A stretch of DNA of 64,000 nt from an uncultured Planctomycetaceae bacterium (lineage in GTDB: Bacteria > Planctomycetota > Planctomycetia > Planctomycetales > Planctomycetaceae), in the NCBI GenBank assembly GCA_963815195.1, contig CAWFGE010000013.1, positions 384,001-448,000 of the forward strand. The letters run 5' to 3'. Positions 21,301 through 31,803 of the stretch are shown in pieces. Every line of letters starts with the position of its first letter. Within the stretch, counting starts at the first letter, position 1. Made by a program: the position numbers and the translations under genes. The notes under the pieces are model-generated. The model was not told the origin of the DNA and did not search any database. It was given only the letters and a program-made list of their open reading frames with translations.

Positions 21301-24300
21301 CTTGGGACATCGCTTCGATTTCCGGCTGAAACTGCACGGAAGACGCGAGATGCTCGGAGAGCAGGTTGCCAATTTTGTCCGGCTCGGAAGGATACTCCGT
21401 TCCCAGCGTGTTCGAGTAAACTGTTGTCTTGGGCGCGGCGAAGTCGATTTCGCTGAGCACGCCGGCGAGCGGGCGGGCGGCATCGGCGACCAATGGCGAA
21501 TGAAACGCACACGCCACGGGAATCCGCCGGCCGCGAAGTTTCTTTTCGGGAAGGCGCTTGAGCAAGGCTTCCAAACCCGCGTCGCTGCCGGAGACGACGG
21601 TTTGGTTCGGCGAGTTGAGATTCGCCAGCGAAACGCCTTCGAGTCCATCGATGGCTTTCGCCACTGTTTTGGCGTCGGCATCGACGGCGACCATGCCGCC
21701 CCGGTTGTCGCCGGCGGCTTCATTGATGAGCCGGCCCCTCTCGTAAGAGACATGATAGAGGTCGTCTTCGCTGATCGCCCCGGCCGCACACAAGGCCGCG
21801 TATTCGCCGTAACTGTGGCCGGCGAGGAAGTCGGGCGTAATTCCCAGCGATTCCATCACATGGAACATGGCCATCCCTGCCGCCCCCAACGCGGGCTGAG
21901 CCACATCGGTGCGGGCCAGCATGTCCCGCGCGGTTTTCTCGGCCGCGGGCGTGAAGGTCGAAGCCGGATAGACGAACCGGCCCAGCGGTCGGTCCCATTT
22001 TCCATCGAGCTTCCGCGTGGCCTTGTCGAAGGCTTCGCGAACTTCGGGGAGCACCGTTCCCGTCTGGGCGAGCATGTTGGGGTACTGCGATCCCTGCCCC
22101 GGAAACAGAAACGCAACCTTGCCTTTCCGCTCCGCCGGCTGCATATGGAAATAAATGCCTCGCGGGTCGGTTTTCTCTTTGGCGTCCGATTTGAGAAGTT
22201 CCAAAGCGGCGGCGAGTTTTTGCCCGAGGTCGTCCGCCGACTGCGCGACAACCGCCAACGTGGGAAGCGATGTATCCTCGGGGCAGGCATCGCTTAAGGA
22301 CAACGCCAACCGCGAAAGATCCGGCAAGTGTTCGCCCGAGAGCACCTTGTGAACCCGCTCGACATCCTTGGCGATTTCGTCCCGCGTGGTTTTTCTAAAG
22401 ACGAACAACTCCGCCGGCCAATGCCGTTTGGCGGGCGGCGTGCGGTCTTGGAAGTTCCCGGTGTATTCTTGCAGGACGACGTGATAGTTCGTGCCGCCGA
22501 AGCCGAACGCGCTTACGCCGGCGTAGCGGGGATGATCGGCTCCGTGGATCCACGGGCGAGCCTCGGCGTTGAGGTACAGCGGACTTTCTTCAAAGTTAAT
22601 CCGCGGATTCGGCTGATCGACCAGGGTCGGCGGCAGGACTTTGTGATGGAGGCCGAGGGCGGTTTTAATCAACCCGCCGATGCCGGCGGCACACTTGGTG
22701 TGGCCGATCATCGACTTCACCGAGCCGATCGCACACGACTGCGGATGGGCTTCGAATTCGTTGAAGACTTCGATCAAAGCCTTGGCTTCGGTGTGGTCGC
22801 CGACGACGGTCCCGGTGCCGTGGGCTTCGATCAACTCCACATCGCTGGGCGAGATGTTGGCCTGGGCATAAGCCCGGCGAAGAGCCCGCATCTGGCCGGC
22901 GAGGTTCGGCGCGGTGAGGCCTTTTTCGCGGCCGTCGCTCGAAGCTCCCACGCCTTTGATGACGGCATAGATTTTATCGCCGTCCCGCTCCGCATCCGCC
23001 AGGCGTTTGAGCATCACGACCCCGATGCCTTCGCTGAGCACGATCCCGTCGCCCGCGGCATCGAAGGGGCTGCATCGGCCGCGCCGCGAGAGGGCGTGGG
23101 TCTTGCTGAAGGCGGTGTAGGCGTAGGGCGTCATCACGGTGTCGGCCCCCATCGCGAAGGCCACGTCGCTCGTGCCCATCTCCAATTCGCGGACGCAGGA
23201 ATACACCGCCGCGAGCGAAGACGCACACGCGGCATCGATCGCGAGGTTCGCCCCGCCGAAGTTGAAGCGGTTGGCGACCCGGCCCACGGCCACGTTCGAG
23301 AGAATGCCCGGGAACGAATCTTCGGTCCATTCGGGAAACGCGCCGTTTTCGAGGATTTTCTCCGTGGGCACTTCGACGCCGGGCACGGTCTTTAACAGCG
23401 GCAAACAGCAGCGGAAGCCATAAGCCACCGCAACCGGACCGCCGCCCCCGCCGACGCCGAGGATCGCCGAGGTCTTCTCGCGGTTGAAGGGCCGCTCCGT
23501 GTAGCCCGCATCGTCGATCGTGTGCTGCACGGCTTCCAGGAGCAGAAGCTGCAAGGGTTCGATGGCTTTCAGGCTGGCCGGGGTGATCCCATATTTCAGC
23601 GGGTCGAACGGAATATCCTCCATGAACCCGCCCCACTTGGAGACGATCTTGTCCTTCGCGCGGGGATCGGGATCGTAATACAGCCGCCAATCCCAGTGCG
23701 TTTCGGGAACTTCGGTCACCGCATCGAAGCGATCCAGGATGTGTTCCCAATACTCTTCGAGGCTCTTGGCTTTGGGATAGAAACACGACATGCCGATGAC
23801 GGCAATGTCGCAGGGTGTTTCCGCGGGTTGGGGAGCCATGAGTTCCGGAGCCAATCGTTGGAGTGTGGCGAGGCTGCCCTGGCAAACGTCTTTGTGAAGT
23901 TCCTCCATCGTCATCACGCGGTCGTGCATGGCGGCGACCTGGCCGATCATGTACATCCCGCGGGAGAATTGTTCCTCATCGGGAATCTCCGCAAGCTGCG
24001 AAACGCCGGTTTCGGTCTGCACCCGGTCCAGCCCTTTGGATGCCACGCGGAGCCTGCCGATGTTCATCCATTCGAGGGCCTGGGTGATTTCGTCGTTGGT
24101 TTTGCCCTCGGTTTTCAGCCGCTGCTTTTCCTTGTGGAACACCTCGAAATAAGGCGTGTTGATGCAGCGGATCGCATGCCCCGGCGCGGTTTCCAACAGG
24201 ACGGTGTTTTTGCTGGACAGGGCTTCTTTCTGAAAGCGGGGCACGATGGCTCCGCCGGCGACCGCTTCCTGGGTAAAGAGATACGCCGTGCCCATCAACA

Positions 24301-25903
24301 CGCCCACTGCGACGCCTTTCTCGACCAGCGGCGCCGCCAGCACCGACACGGCGGCACTCGAAACCGCATCGTGAATCCCGCCCGCGAAGACGATATTGAG
24401 TTCCTCCGCCTTGCCGCCGCTTTGGATGTGGTCCAACAGGAGTTCGCACATGGTTTCCCAGAGCACGAAGCTGCCCCGCGGTCCCACGTGGCCGCCGCAT
24501 TCCTTGCCTTCAAAGATGAACCGCCTGGCCCCATCTTTGAGGAACATTTTGAGCAGCCCCGGCGACGGGACGTGCAAATAGGTCGGAATGCCCTCGTCTT
24601 CCAATTCGCGGGCTTGATCCGGCCGGCCGCCCGCGATCAAAGCGAAAGGCGGCTTAAACTTCCGGATCGCGGCCACTTGTTCCTTGCGGATCTCCGGCGG
24701 CAAGAAACCCAAAAGTCCCACGCCCCACGAGCGGTCGCCCAGTTGCTTTTGCGTTTCCGCAAGCAAGGTTTCGGTGGCTTTCTTCCGCAGGAGCGCGAGA
24801 GCCAAGAACGGCAAACCGCCGGCGTGGGAGACGGCGTCCGCAAAGGCGGCGGTGTCGCTGACCCGCGTCATCGGCCCTTGGAAGATCGGATACGAAATGT
24901 GATGCCTTTGGGCGAACTCCGAGCCTTCCGTCAGCGGCTGGAACCTGTGGGCGGCGTCCAGGTTTTGCTTCACACGATCGACAACCGCTTGCAGCACCCC
25001 GGCCACGGTCACGTAGCGTTCCGCGAGTTGCCGGGCGAAACATGCCGACTGTCCCAGGAATACAATTTCATTGGATTCTGCTCTATGCATCTGCCGTCGG
25101 GCGGCTTCCCGCCAGTGGGCGAGTTTTTCCTCCGCGGAGAGGTCGGCGGATTCCAGGCGGGCTTCTTCTTTCTGAAGGAATTCCACGGCAGCACTACCCG
25201 GCCGTTTGAAGAGCCGATACGCTTCGCCCAACCGTCCACCGAGACACACGGTTTGGCTGCCGTCAAAGGCGGACAGCCAATTCCCTCCCGTTTTGCGGAG
25301 GGGAGATTCTTTGGCGAGGAGCAGTTGGCAATCGAGCACAACGCCCGAAGCCCCGGCTGCGATGGAAGCGGCGGCCGTGTTGGGGCCGATCCCGCCCTGC
25401 ACCCAGGCGGGCAGGTGCTGATCGGTTTCCGGCCCAAATTCGGCATGCCAGCGCTGCAGCAGGATGAACGTCGTCTCATCCCCGACGCGTCCGCCGGCTT
25501 CGTGACCTTTGAGGATCAAGCCTGAAACGCCGAGCCGCCGGCCCAGCTTCATCTCCTCAACCGAAATCGCTTCCCACAGCACGGCGACGCCTCGGTCTTG
25601 GAATCGCTCCACCCAATCGGCCAGTTCCGGGAAATCTCCGCCCGCCAAAACTACCCAGGACAATTCTTCCGGGCGATACTTTTCCAGGAGCGGCAACAGG
25701 GACGCATTCCTTCGCCCCAGCTTCACCCCGAACGGACCGCGCGCATGTTCTGCAACGCGTTCGAGAGCAGATTGAGCCGATGCCATTGAATCGACGTATT
25801 CAAGATCCAGAATTCCCCGTGCGCCAGCCCGGCACGCGGCAATGACGAGCGACGGATCCGCGTGACCCGGCGGCGTCATTCCCAGCAAGTTGTGAAGGTC
25901 CAT
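18366..25903 (-). CDS. Iterative PUFA-synthase-like type I PKS: 2x nitronate monooxygenase/FabK-PfaD-like domain - KS - AT - ACP - KR; frame breaks at ~19995 and ~19625-19655
   Basis: KGHEAGG and EGKECGGHVG flavin TIM-barrel motifs; KS DAACASSL / EAHGTGT / KSMIGHTK; AT FPGQGSQ, GHSYG, AFHS; ACP LGIDSIKRVEIL; KR TGGARGIT, IHGAG, YAAANE; GGGGAG RBS before ATG 25903. Confidence 0.9.
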
Positions 25904-26404
25904 TGACTCCCCGCGCGAACGGATAGTTGTTCGGTTCGGATAAAATCCGGAGCCGGCACAAAGAACCCACTTTGCCAAGCTCCGAAACGAAGTTCTCCAA
26001 CCTCCGTGAAATGCTATCGATTTAATAGCCTAAAGTTAAGAATACAAACAATTACCCCGTATTCTCAAGTCCAACTCATTCTTCCCAGATTTCCCACACC
26101 TCCCGTTTTATAAGATGCTAGTGTAGCTGTCGGGGGGAAATCAAGCGCGAGTGGGGGAATCGCCCGGCGAGATGGAACTTGGAGATCCCCATCCGCTATG
26201 TCCCGCACCACCCGCGTCATCCAGAAATTCTCAGCCGCTTGCACGCGGAGTTCGTCCCAAAAAATCGGCCCCGGAATAGGGTTTGCACTTTCCCAACTTC
26301 GCCGGAGTGGGCGTGGAAACTGGCAAGATTCTCCCTGGAATTTGTAAATTCTGCCCCGACAATTGTAGAAGACCGCCTTACTTTATCCCCTGGAAGGACC
26401 TGTT

Positions 26405-27457
26405 GTGGTAAACCCTCTGTTGATTCCCTCTCGGACCTGGACTTTTCTGAAACGCGGATGTCTCGCACTTTGCGTCGGCATCATAGGTCCCGTGCTGGTG
26501 GAAAGCAAAGCTGCCAACCCGGGGGAAGTCGCCTCCTCGCAGCCGCCCAGCCCGCAGGCCGCTTCGCCAGGCCCGGGGAACGCAAATTCGCCCGCTGCCC
26601 CGGTTCCGGTGAAGCGGGGAAAACTCGTGTTGGTCACGCCGGGCACGGTGGTCGGCAAAACCGCACCCCAGGGCTGGTCGCATTTGATTCTGAAAAACTA
26701 TCCCCACATCAATCCCAAACAGCAATCGCTGGTCTCCGCCAGCACGTATCGCCTCGCGAGCCTCGTGTTCACTTCGATCATGGCCCGCGTGGAGGCGATT
26801 CCGGGCACCAATCCGACCCGCTACGCCCTGGGCGACATCGGATTCGGGCTGGGTACGACAGTCCGCGGCGAGGAAATGGTGCTCTCGCCCGAAACCCAGG
26901 CCCGGCTGGGGGCCAACCTGGGCTTTCAAGAGCGGTTCGTGCTGTCCGAATGTTACAAACGGCAGGCGATGGCGCGGTCCGTCGTGCGGACCAACACGAT
27001 GGCTGTCTTCGACACGCACGCCGTGATCGATCACGACAGCCGGCATCACCTCGCCAAAATGCGGTATGCCGTGCTGCTCGATCCGCGGTCGGGGCAAATC
27101 GCCACGCTGAGTTGGGGTGTCGATCTCGACCAGGAGCAGCGGCCCCGCGTCGCCTGCACCCCGCTGGAATGGCTGCCGCCTAACAAGGTGGACGACTGCG
27201 TGCTCTACGTGGATCCCAACCAGTTCACGTTGGGGATTCCCAACGACATCGCATTCGCGGTCAAACGCCCGCCGCTCGGACAGGCCCAGATTCCGCTCAC
27301 CCAGGACCTACAGGCGCTCGCCGGCCGGCCGAGTTACACCGCCCAAACCGCGAACGATTTGGAAATGACCCTCCGCAACGGCTTGCGCAAGATTCTCCAA
27401 CAAGCCGCCCGGCGAGACAACGCAAATCGCGTTGCGGAGGGTTCCGACCGCCGTTAG
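26405..27457 (+). CDS. Hypothetical exported protein, divergent from the PKS
   Basis: 350-aa ORF, N-terminal hydrophobic segment, Pro-rich linker, GAAGGA upstream. Confidence 0.7.
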   Translation: MVNPLLIPSRTWTFLKRGCLALCVGIIGPVLVESKAANPGEVASSQPPSPQAASPGPGNANSPAAPVPVKRGKLVLVTPGTVVGKTAPQGWSHLILKNYPHINPKQQSLVSASTYRLASLVFTSIMARVEAIPGTNPTRYALGDIGFGLGTTVRGEEMVLSPETQARLGANLGFQERFVLSECYKRQAMARSVVRTNTMAVFDTHAVIDHDSRHHLAKMRYAVLLDPRSGQIATLSWGVDLDQEQRPRVACTPLEWLPPNKVDDCVLYVDPNQFTLGIPNDIAFAVKRPPLGQAQIPLTQDLQALAGRPSYTAQTANDLEMTLRNGLRKILQQAARRDNANRVAEGSDRR

Positions 27458-27513
27458 AGTGAACGGAGGCAAAACCAAAGATCGTCCGATTCTGATTCGA
27501 GCGGGGCAATTGC

Positions 27514-28386
27514 ATGTGGCTTCTCACCCTGTGTTTGTTTGGGAACGTCGTGCAAGAGAGCACGCCGCATCGCAAAGAAAATCCCGTCTATCGGGCCCTC
27601 ATTGAAACCGGCGTGGACGTGACGCCCCAAACTCAGGTCAAGCTCCCCGAGCCTGACCTCCCCGACGGCTTGAGCGCGGCCGAGCAAAAAGAGCGGATCA
27701 CCAAACTCATCGGCCGCCGGTATAATTGGCAGGTTTTCACCCGCGAGACCACGGTCGCTCCCTTTCTCTCCGAGTTGACCCGGAAGAAAACCAACGACCC
27801 GAACGTCGAATATCAAGAGGCTCACATTTATTTCGTGGCCTACGGCGATCTGAAAGCCATCGCGGAGGCCGGCGGATTATCGGAATCGGACGACAACAAC
27901 ACACAATCGACCCCACTGACGCCGCAAGACCTGGCGGCAAACAAGATCACGCTGGAAAACCCCAAGCACGAATCGTACGCCTACATCTCCAACGATGTGA
28001 TCGACAAGATTCGCTTGAGCGGGGTTCTCCGAAGTGACTGGAGCGAGACAGCCGATTCGATCGTCGCCGCCACGGAGATGGATTCCCGCTTCGACAAGAA
28101 CGAGAAGTTCCCCAACCAGTGGCAGCCGCTGTTGACGATCCGCGCTCCGAAGAAGTTGGGCAAAGCCGCCCCTTACCACGGGGCCGGGGGTTACTCCAAG
28201 ATCACGAAGCTCGAAGAACCCAAAGGCGCGCTCTTCATCGAAGCCCATCTGGTGTTCGCGGAACCGAAGGCCTGGTTCGGCGGAAATAACCTCTTGGGTT
28301 CCAAACTGCCGCTCGCGTTCCAGGACAAAGTCCGCTCCACCCGGCGGGAAATCTTGAGAGCCACGCAGAAAGCCCAGGAGAAATAA
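27514..28386 (+). CDS. Hypothetical exported protein
   Basis: 290-aa ORF, short hydrophobic N-terminus, coding-like composition, followed by a hairpin. Confidence 0.75.
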   Translation: MWLLTLCLFGNVVQESTPHRKENPVYRALIETGVDVTPQTQVKLPEPDLPDGLSAAEQKERITKLIGRRYNWQVFTRETTVAPFLSELTRKKTNDPNVEYQEAHIYFVAYGDLKAIAEAGGLSESDDNNTQSTPLTPQDLAANKITLENPKHESYAYISNDVIDKIRLSGVLRSDWSETADSIVAATEMDSRFDKNEKFPNQWQPLLTIRAPKKLGKAAPYHGAGGYSKITKLEEPKGALFIEAHLVFAEPKAWFGGNNLLGSKLPLAFQDKVRSTRREILRATQKAQEK

Positions 28387-28420
28387 AAGCGGGCCGCCCC
28401 CAGGCAGCCCGCCCGTTTTG
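28387..28420. terminator. Probable intrinsic terminator between convergent genes
   Basis: GCGGGC..GCCCGC stem flanked by A- and T-rich tracts. Confidence 0.45.
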
Positions 28421-28449
28421 TTCTTCCAAATGTCCCGCGTGCGGGAACT

Positions 28450-29619
28450 TCAGCGAACCGGCTTCTCGGCGGTGGCGGCTTCCTGGACCGCGGGATGGTC
28501 CGATTCCCGCGCCTTCGCCCGGTCCGGCCACATGCGTTCCCGGTAAATCACCAGCGAGTTGAGCGCGTGGTACATGCCGCCCGGTTCCAGGGACTGCTTG
28601 CGGGATTCGATCAAATCCGTGGCAATCCGCCGGGCCGCGTTTTGAATATAGGTTTGCGACAACTCGCTTTGAGGCAAGGTCCCCATCATCATCTCCAGCG
28701 TGTGCCCCGTAGTGGAAAGCCGTTTGCTCACGTCGTCGGTGTGGCCCGGACCTTTGAAATAATTCGAGGAGAACGAGCCGTCGGGGTTCTGCATCCGCTT
28801 GGCGGTCTCGATGTGCCTTTGCAGATAGATGTGCGCTTCCAGCCAGGTTCCGGTGAGTGCCCGGCCGGCTTGCAGATGGGCGTTCCGGGCCATCGCGATC
28901 GCGAACAATCCGTGCATGCCCCCGCACGCGGCTTTGGTCACGGGCGTCCGCATCTGCTTCGTGATGAGCCGTTCCATGCTCCAGGCTTCGCCTTTGCCGT
29001 TGATCCATTCCGAATCGGGATCGATGTAAAACGCCAGGAACCACAGCGTCCAGGTCATCTCCTCTTCGTCGTTGGCTTCCATTTTGGCATTCTTGATGAC
29101 GTCGTCGATGGTGATCGTCTTCTCGCCGTTCTCGCCCGCTTTGAGTTTGAAATCCCGCGGCAGCCGGGCCAACGTAAACAGCGCCAAAAACTGGTTGGGA
29201 TGGCCTTCGAAATGGTAGGGCTGGGTGTAAGGATGCCCTTTGCCGCCGTGCTCCGTTGCGAGCCACCAGGGCTTGCCTTTGAACGTGGGGCCCGAGGCGA
29301 TCCAATCGAGGGCTTTGACGGGTTTGCCGTCTTTGAGGATGTAGTAATTGTCGCGGAGCGCCAACACGCCGTGGCAAATCTGCCAGGGGGTGTGCTCGTC
29401 CGCGGAGAGATGCCGGCGGCTGGTGATGGCGATGGCTTCGTCGATCAGATCGGGAAGCGGCATGTTCGCCAGGGCACGCTCCTCCGCTTCTGAAACCGGA
29501 GGCGCGGACTGCTCCGGCGGTTCCGGCTGGGCCCAACACGGAGCGGCCGAAGCTCCCACCAAGACCGAACCTAACAAAACACACAACCCTCTTCCGATTA
29601 AGCGGGACGAAAACTTCAT
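28450..29619 (-). CDS. Secreted hypothetical protein, possible alpha/alpha-toroid fold
   Basis: Signal peptide (..APCWA-Q); GHPNQFLA, ACGGMHGL, MQNPDGSFS, TTGHTLE. Confidence 0.75.
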   Translation of the reverse strand: MKFSSRLIGRGLCVLLGSVLVGASAAPCWAQPEPPEQSAPPVSEAEERALANMPLPDLIDEAIAITSRRHLSADEHTPWQICHGVLALRDNYYILKDGKPVKALDWIASGPTFKGKPWWLATEHGGKGHPYTQPYHFEGHPNQFLALFTLARLPRDFKLKAGENGEKTITIDDVIKNAKMEANDEEEMTWTLWFLAFYIDPDSEWINGKGEAWSMERLITKQMRTPVTKAACGGMHGLFAIAMARNAHLQAGRALTGTWLEAHIYLQRHIETAKRMQNPDGSFSSNYFKGPGHTDDVSKRLSTTGHTLEMMMGTLPQSELSQTYIQNAARRIATDLIESRKQSLEPGGMYHALNSLVIYRERMWPDRAKARESDHPAVQEAATAEKPVR

Positions 29620-30080
29620 GTTCGATAATTCCCTTGGCAACCTCAAAGCGATTTCTGGATGGATGACTTCCTGATGGGGGAGCGTTCCCCTCGTGGGGCG
29701 CGTTGACTTACTGGGTCAAAGCACAACCGGCGGGATCCTCCCTGATGCCTTCACCATGATCGGAAACTCCCCGGTCCGGCGTGATGCAGAATCCGCCCAG
29801 GCCCCCGTTCCGCCCGGTCCCGTCAAAACACCGTGAGGATTATTCGTCCCCTACCAATTGGAAGGATCGAACCGCGCCGGTGCAATCGGAATAATCCACA
29901 ATCCCGGCACAAATCGCAAGGTGCGAAATCCTCGCAGAATCTGTCGTTCGCCCCGTGCACAGGCGATTGACCAACGATTCGACACAATCATGATTCTGTG
30001 ACGAATGGGGCCGACCCACCTGTGCCACCAATCGCTGTCCACTTACCCTATGGGTTCCAACACGCTCGTTGGGTTGGGCT

Positions 30081-31526
30081 TTATGCCAGAATCGCTTCGA
30101 CGACTTTGCCGTGCACATCGGTCAGGCGGAACCGCCGGCCTTGGTATTTGAAGGTCAGGCGTTCGTGGTCGATGCCCAGCGCATGCAGCATCGTCGCGTG
30201 CAGATCGTGAATGGGCACCGGGTTTTCCGCCACGTTGTAGCCGTAAGGATCGGTTTCGCCGTAGGTCATGCCGCCCTTGATGCCGCCGCCCGCCATCCAC
30301 ATCGTAAAGCACCGCGGATGATGGTCCCGGCCGAAGTTGTTGCCGGCGAGCTTCCCTTGGCAATAATTCGTGCGGCCGAACTCGCCGCCCCAGACGACCA
30401 GCGTCTCGTCGAGCATGCCCCGCTGCTTGAGGTCGGCGATCAAAGCCGCCGACGCCTGGTCGGTCTCCCGGCACTGCACGGGCAGTTGCTTCGGCAAGCC
30501 CCCGTGCTGGTCCCAGCCCTGGTGATAAAGCTGAATAAACCGCACGCCCCGTTCCGCGAGCCGGCGGGCCAACAGGCAATTCGCCGCGAACGTGCCGGGC
30601 TTTTTCGCGTCCTCGCCGTACGTTTTGAAGATATGCTCCGGTTCCTGGGACAGGTCCGTCGCATCGGGGATCGACGTCTGCATGCGAAACGCCAACTCGT
30701 GCTGGGCGATGCGGGTTTCGATCTCCGGATGCGATTCGTTTTCCAATTGCATTTGATGGAGTTCGCGGAGAGCGTCGAGCATGTTCCGTTTGCTGCGGGC
30801 GTCGAGCCCGGCGGGATTACTGAGATAGAGCACCGGATCTTTTCCAGGCCGGAACTGCACGCCCTGATGTTTCGACGGCAAAAACCCGCTGCCCCAAAGC
30901 CTCGACACCAACGGCTGCCCGCCTTTGTCCTTGGTGACCATTACGATGAACGCGGGGAGGTCGGCGTTTTCCGTCCCCAGGCCGTAATCCAGCCAGGCCC
31001 CCATGCTGGGCCGGCCGGGAAACTGCGAGCCGGTCTGCATGAAAGTCACGCCCGGCCCGTGGTTGATCGCTTCGGTGTGCAGCGACTTGACGAAGCAAAT
31101 CTCGTCGGCCACTTTCGCGGTATGGGGCAAGATTTCGCTGAGCCACGCCCCGCTTTCGCCGTGCTGCCGAAACTGAAACGGCGACCCGACCAAAGGCAGG
31201 CTGGCCTGGTTGCCGCTCATCCCCGTGAGCCGCTGCCCCATGCGGACCTCGTCCGGCAGTTGCTGCCCGTGCATTTTGTTGAGCAGCGGTTTGTAATCGT
31301 ACAAATCCATCTGCGACGGGGCGCCGGCCTGGAACAAAAAGATGACTCGCTTCGCCTTCGCCTCGTGATGCAGGCCCGCAGGCATTCCCTCCGCCGCGGC
31401 AGAACCGGCCGGATTCAACAACTCCCCCAGCGCCACCGCCCCCAACCCCAGGCCGAACCGGCCAAGGAGTTCACGCCGGCTCAAACCAGAAGGGGATTCA
31501 TACCCCGTGCAAACAGATTTCATCAT
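30081..31526 (-). CDS. DUF1501 domain protein with Tat signal
   Basis: SRRELL, AKRVIFLFQAGAPSQMDLYD, CLLARRLAERGVRF, WGGEFGRT, GRDHH. Confidence 0.92.
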   Translation of the reverse strand: MMKSVCTGYESPSGLSRRELLGRFGLGLGAVALGELLNPAGSAAAEGMPAGLHHEAKAKRVIFLFQAGAPSQMDLYDYKPLLNKMHGQQLPDEVRMGQRLTGMSGNQASLPLVGSPFQFRQHGESGAWLSEILPHTAKVADEICFVKSLHTEAINHGPGVTFMQTGSQFPGRPSMGAWLDYGLGTENADLPAFIVMVTKDKGGQPLVSRLWGSGFLPSKHQGVQFRPGKDPVLYLSNPAGLDARSKRNMLDALRELHQMQLENESHPEIETRIAQHELAFRMQTSIPDATDLSQEPEHIFKTYGEDAKKPGTFAANCLLARRLAERGVRFIQLYHQGWDQHGGLPKQLPVQCRETDQASAALIADLKQRGMLDETLVVWGGEFGRTNYCQGKLAGNNFGRDHHPRCFTMWMAGGGIKGGMTYGETDPYGYNVAENPVPIHDLHATMLHALGIDHERLTFKYQGRRFRLTDVHGKVVEAILA

Positions 31527-31604
31527 GCGATTCCCTAAACTTGGTATCGGTCCCGATAAGAATCTCGTCCATCCGAATCATCGGGCGAGTGAAGTTCTAT
31601 TGAT

Positions 31605-31694
31605 TGCTGTCGCCGCTTCGCGGCTCTATGTCTTTACTCACATCCACTCTGCGGGCTGACGCCCGCAGCTATATGCTGCCGCCGCTTCGCGGCT
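31605..31694. repeat. Composite REP-like element
   Basis: TGCTG(T/C)CGCCGCTTCGCGGCT twice, around the hairpin CTGCGGGC-TGAC-GCCCGCAG, which shares the family A core. Confidence 0.65.
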
Positions 31695-31803
31695 AAGGCC
31701 TGCGTTCCTTCACTTTTGAGGTTCGTCATTTTGTAGCCTTTGCTCCGCGCTCGCCTTTGCCACTTTGTGGCCTTTGCTCCTTTGTGGCCTTTGCCCCTTC
31801 CAT

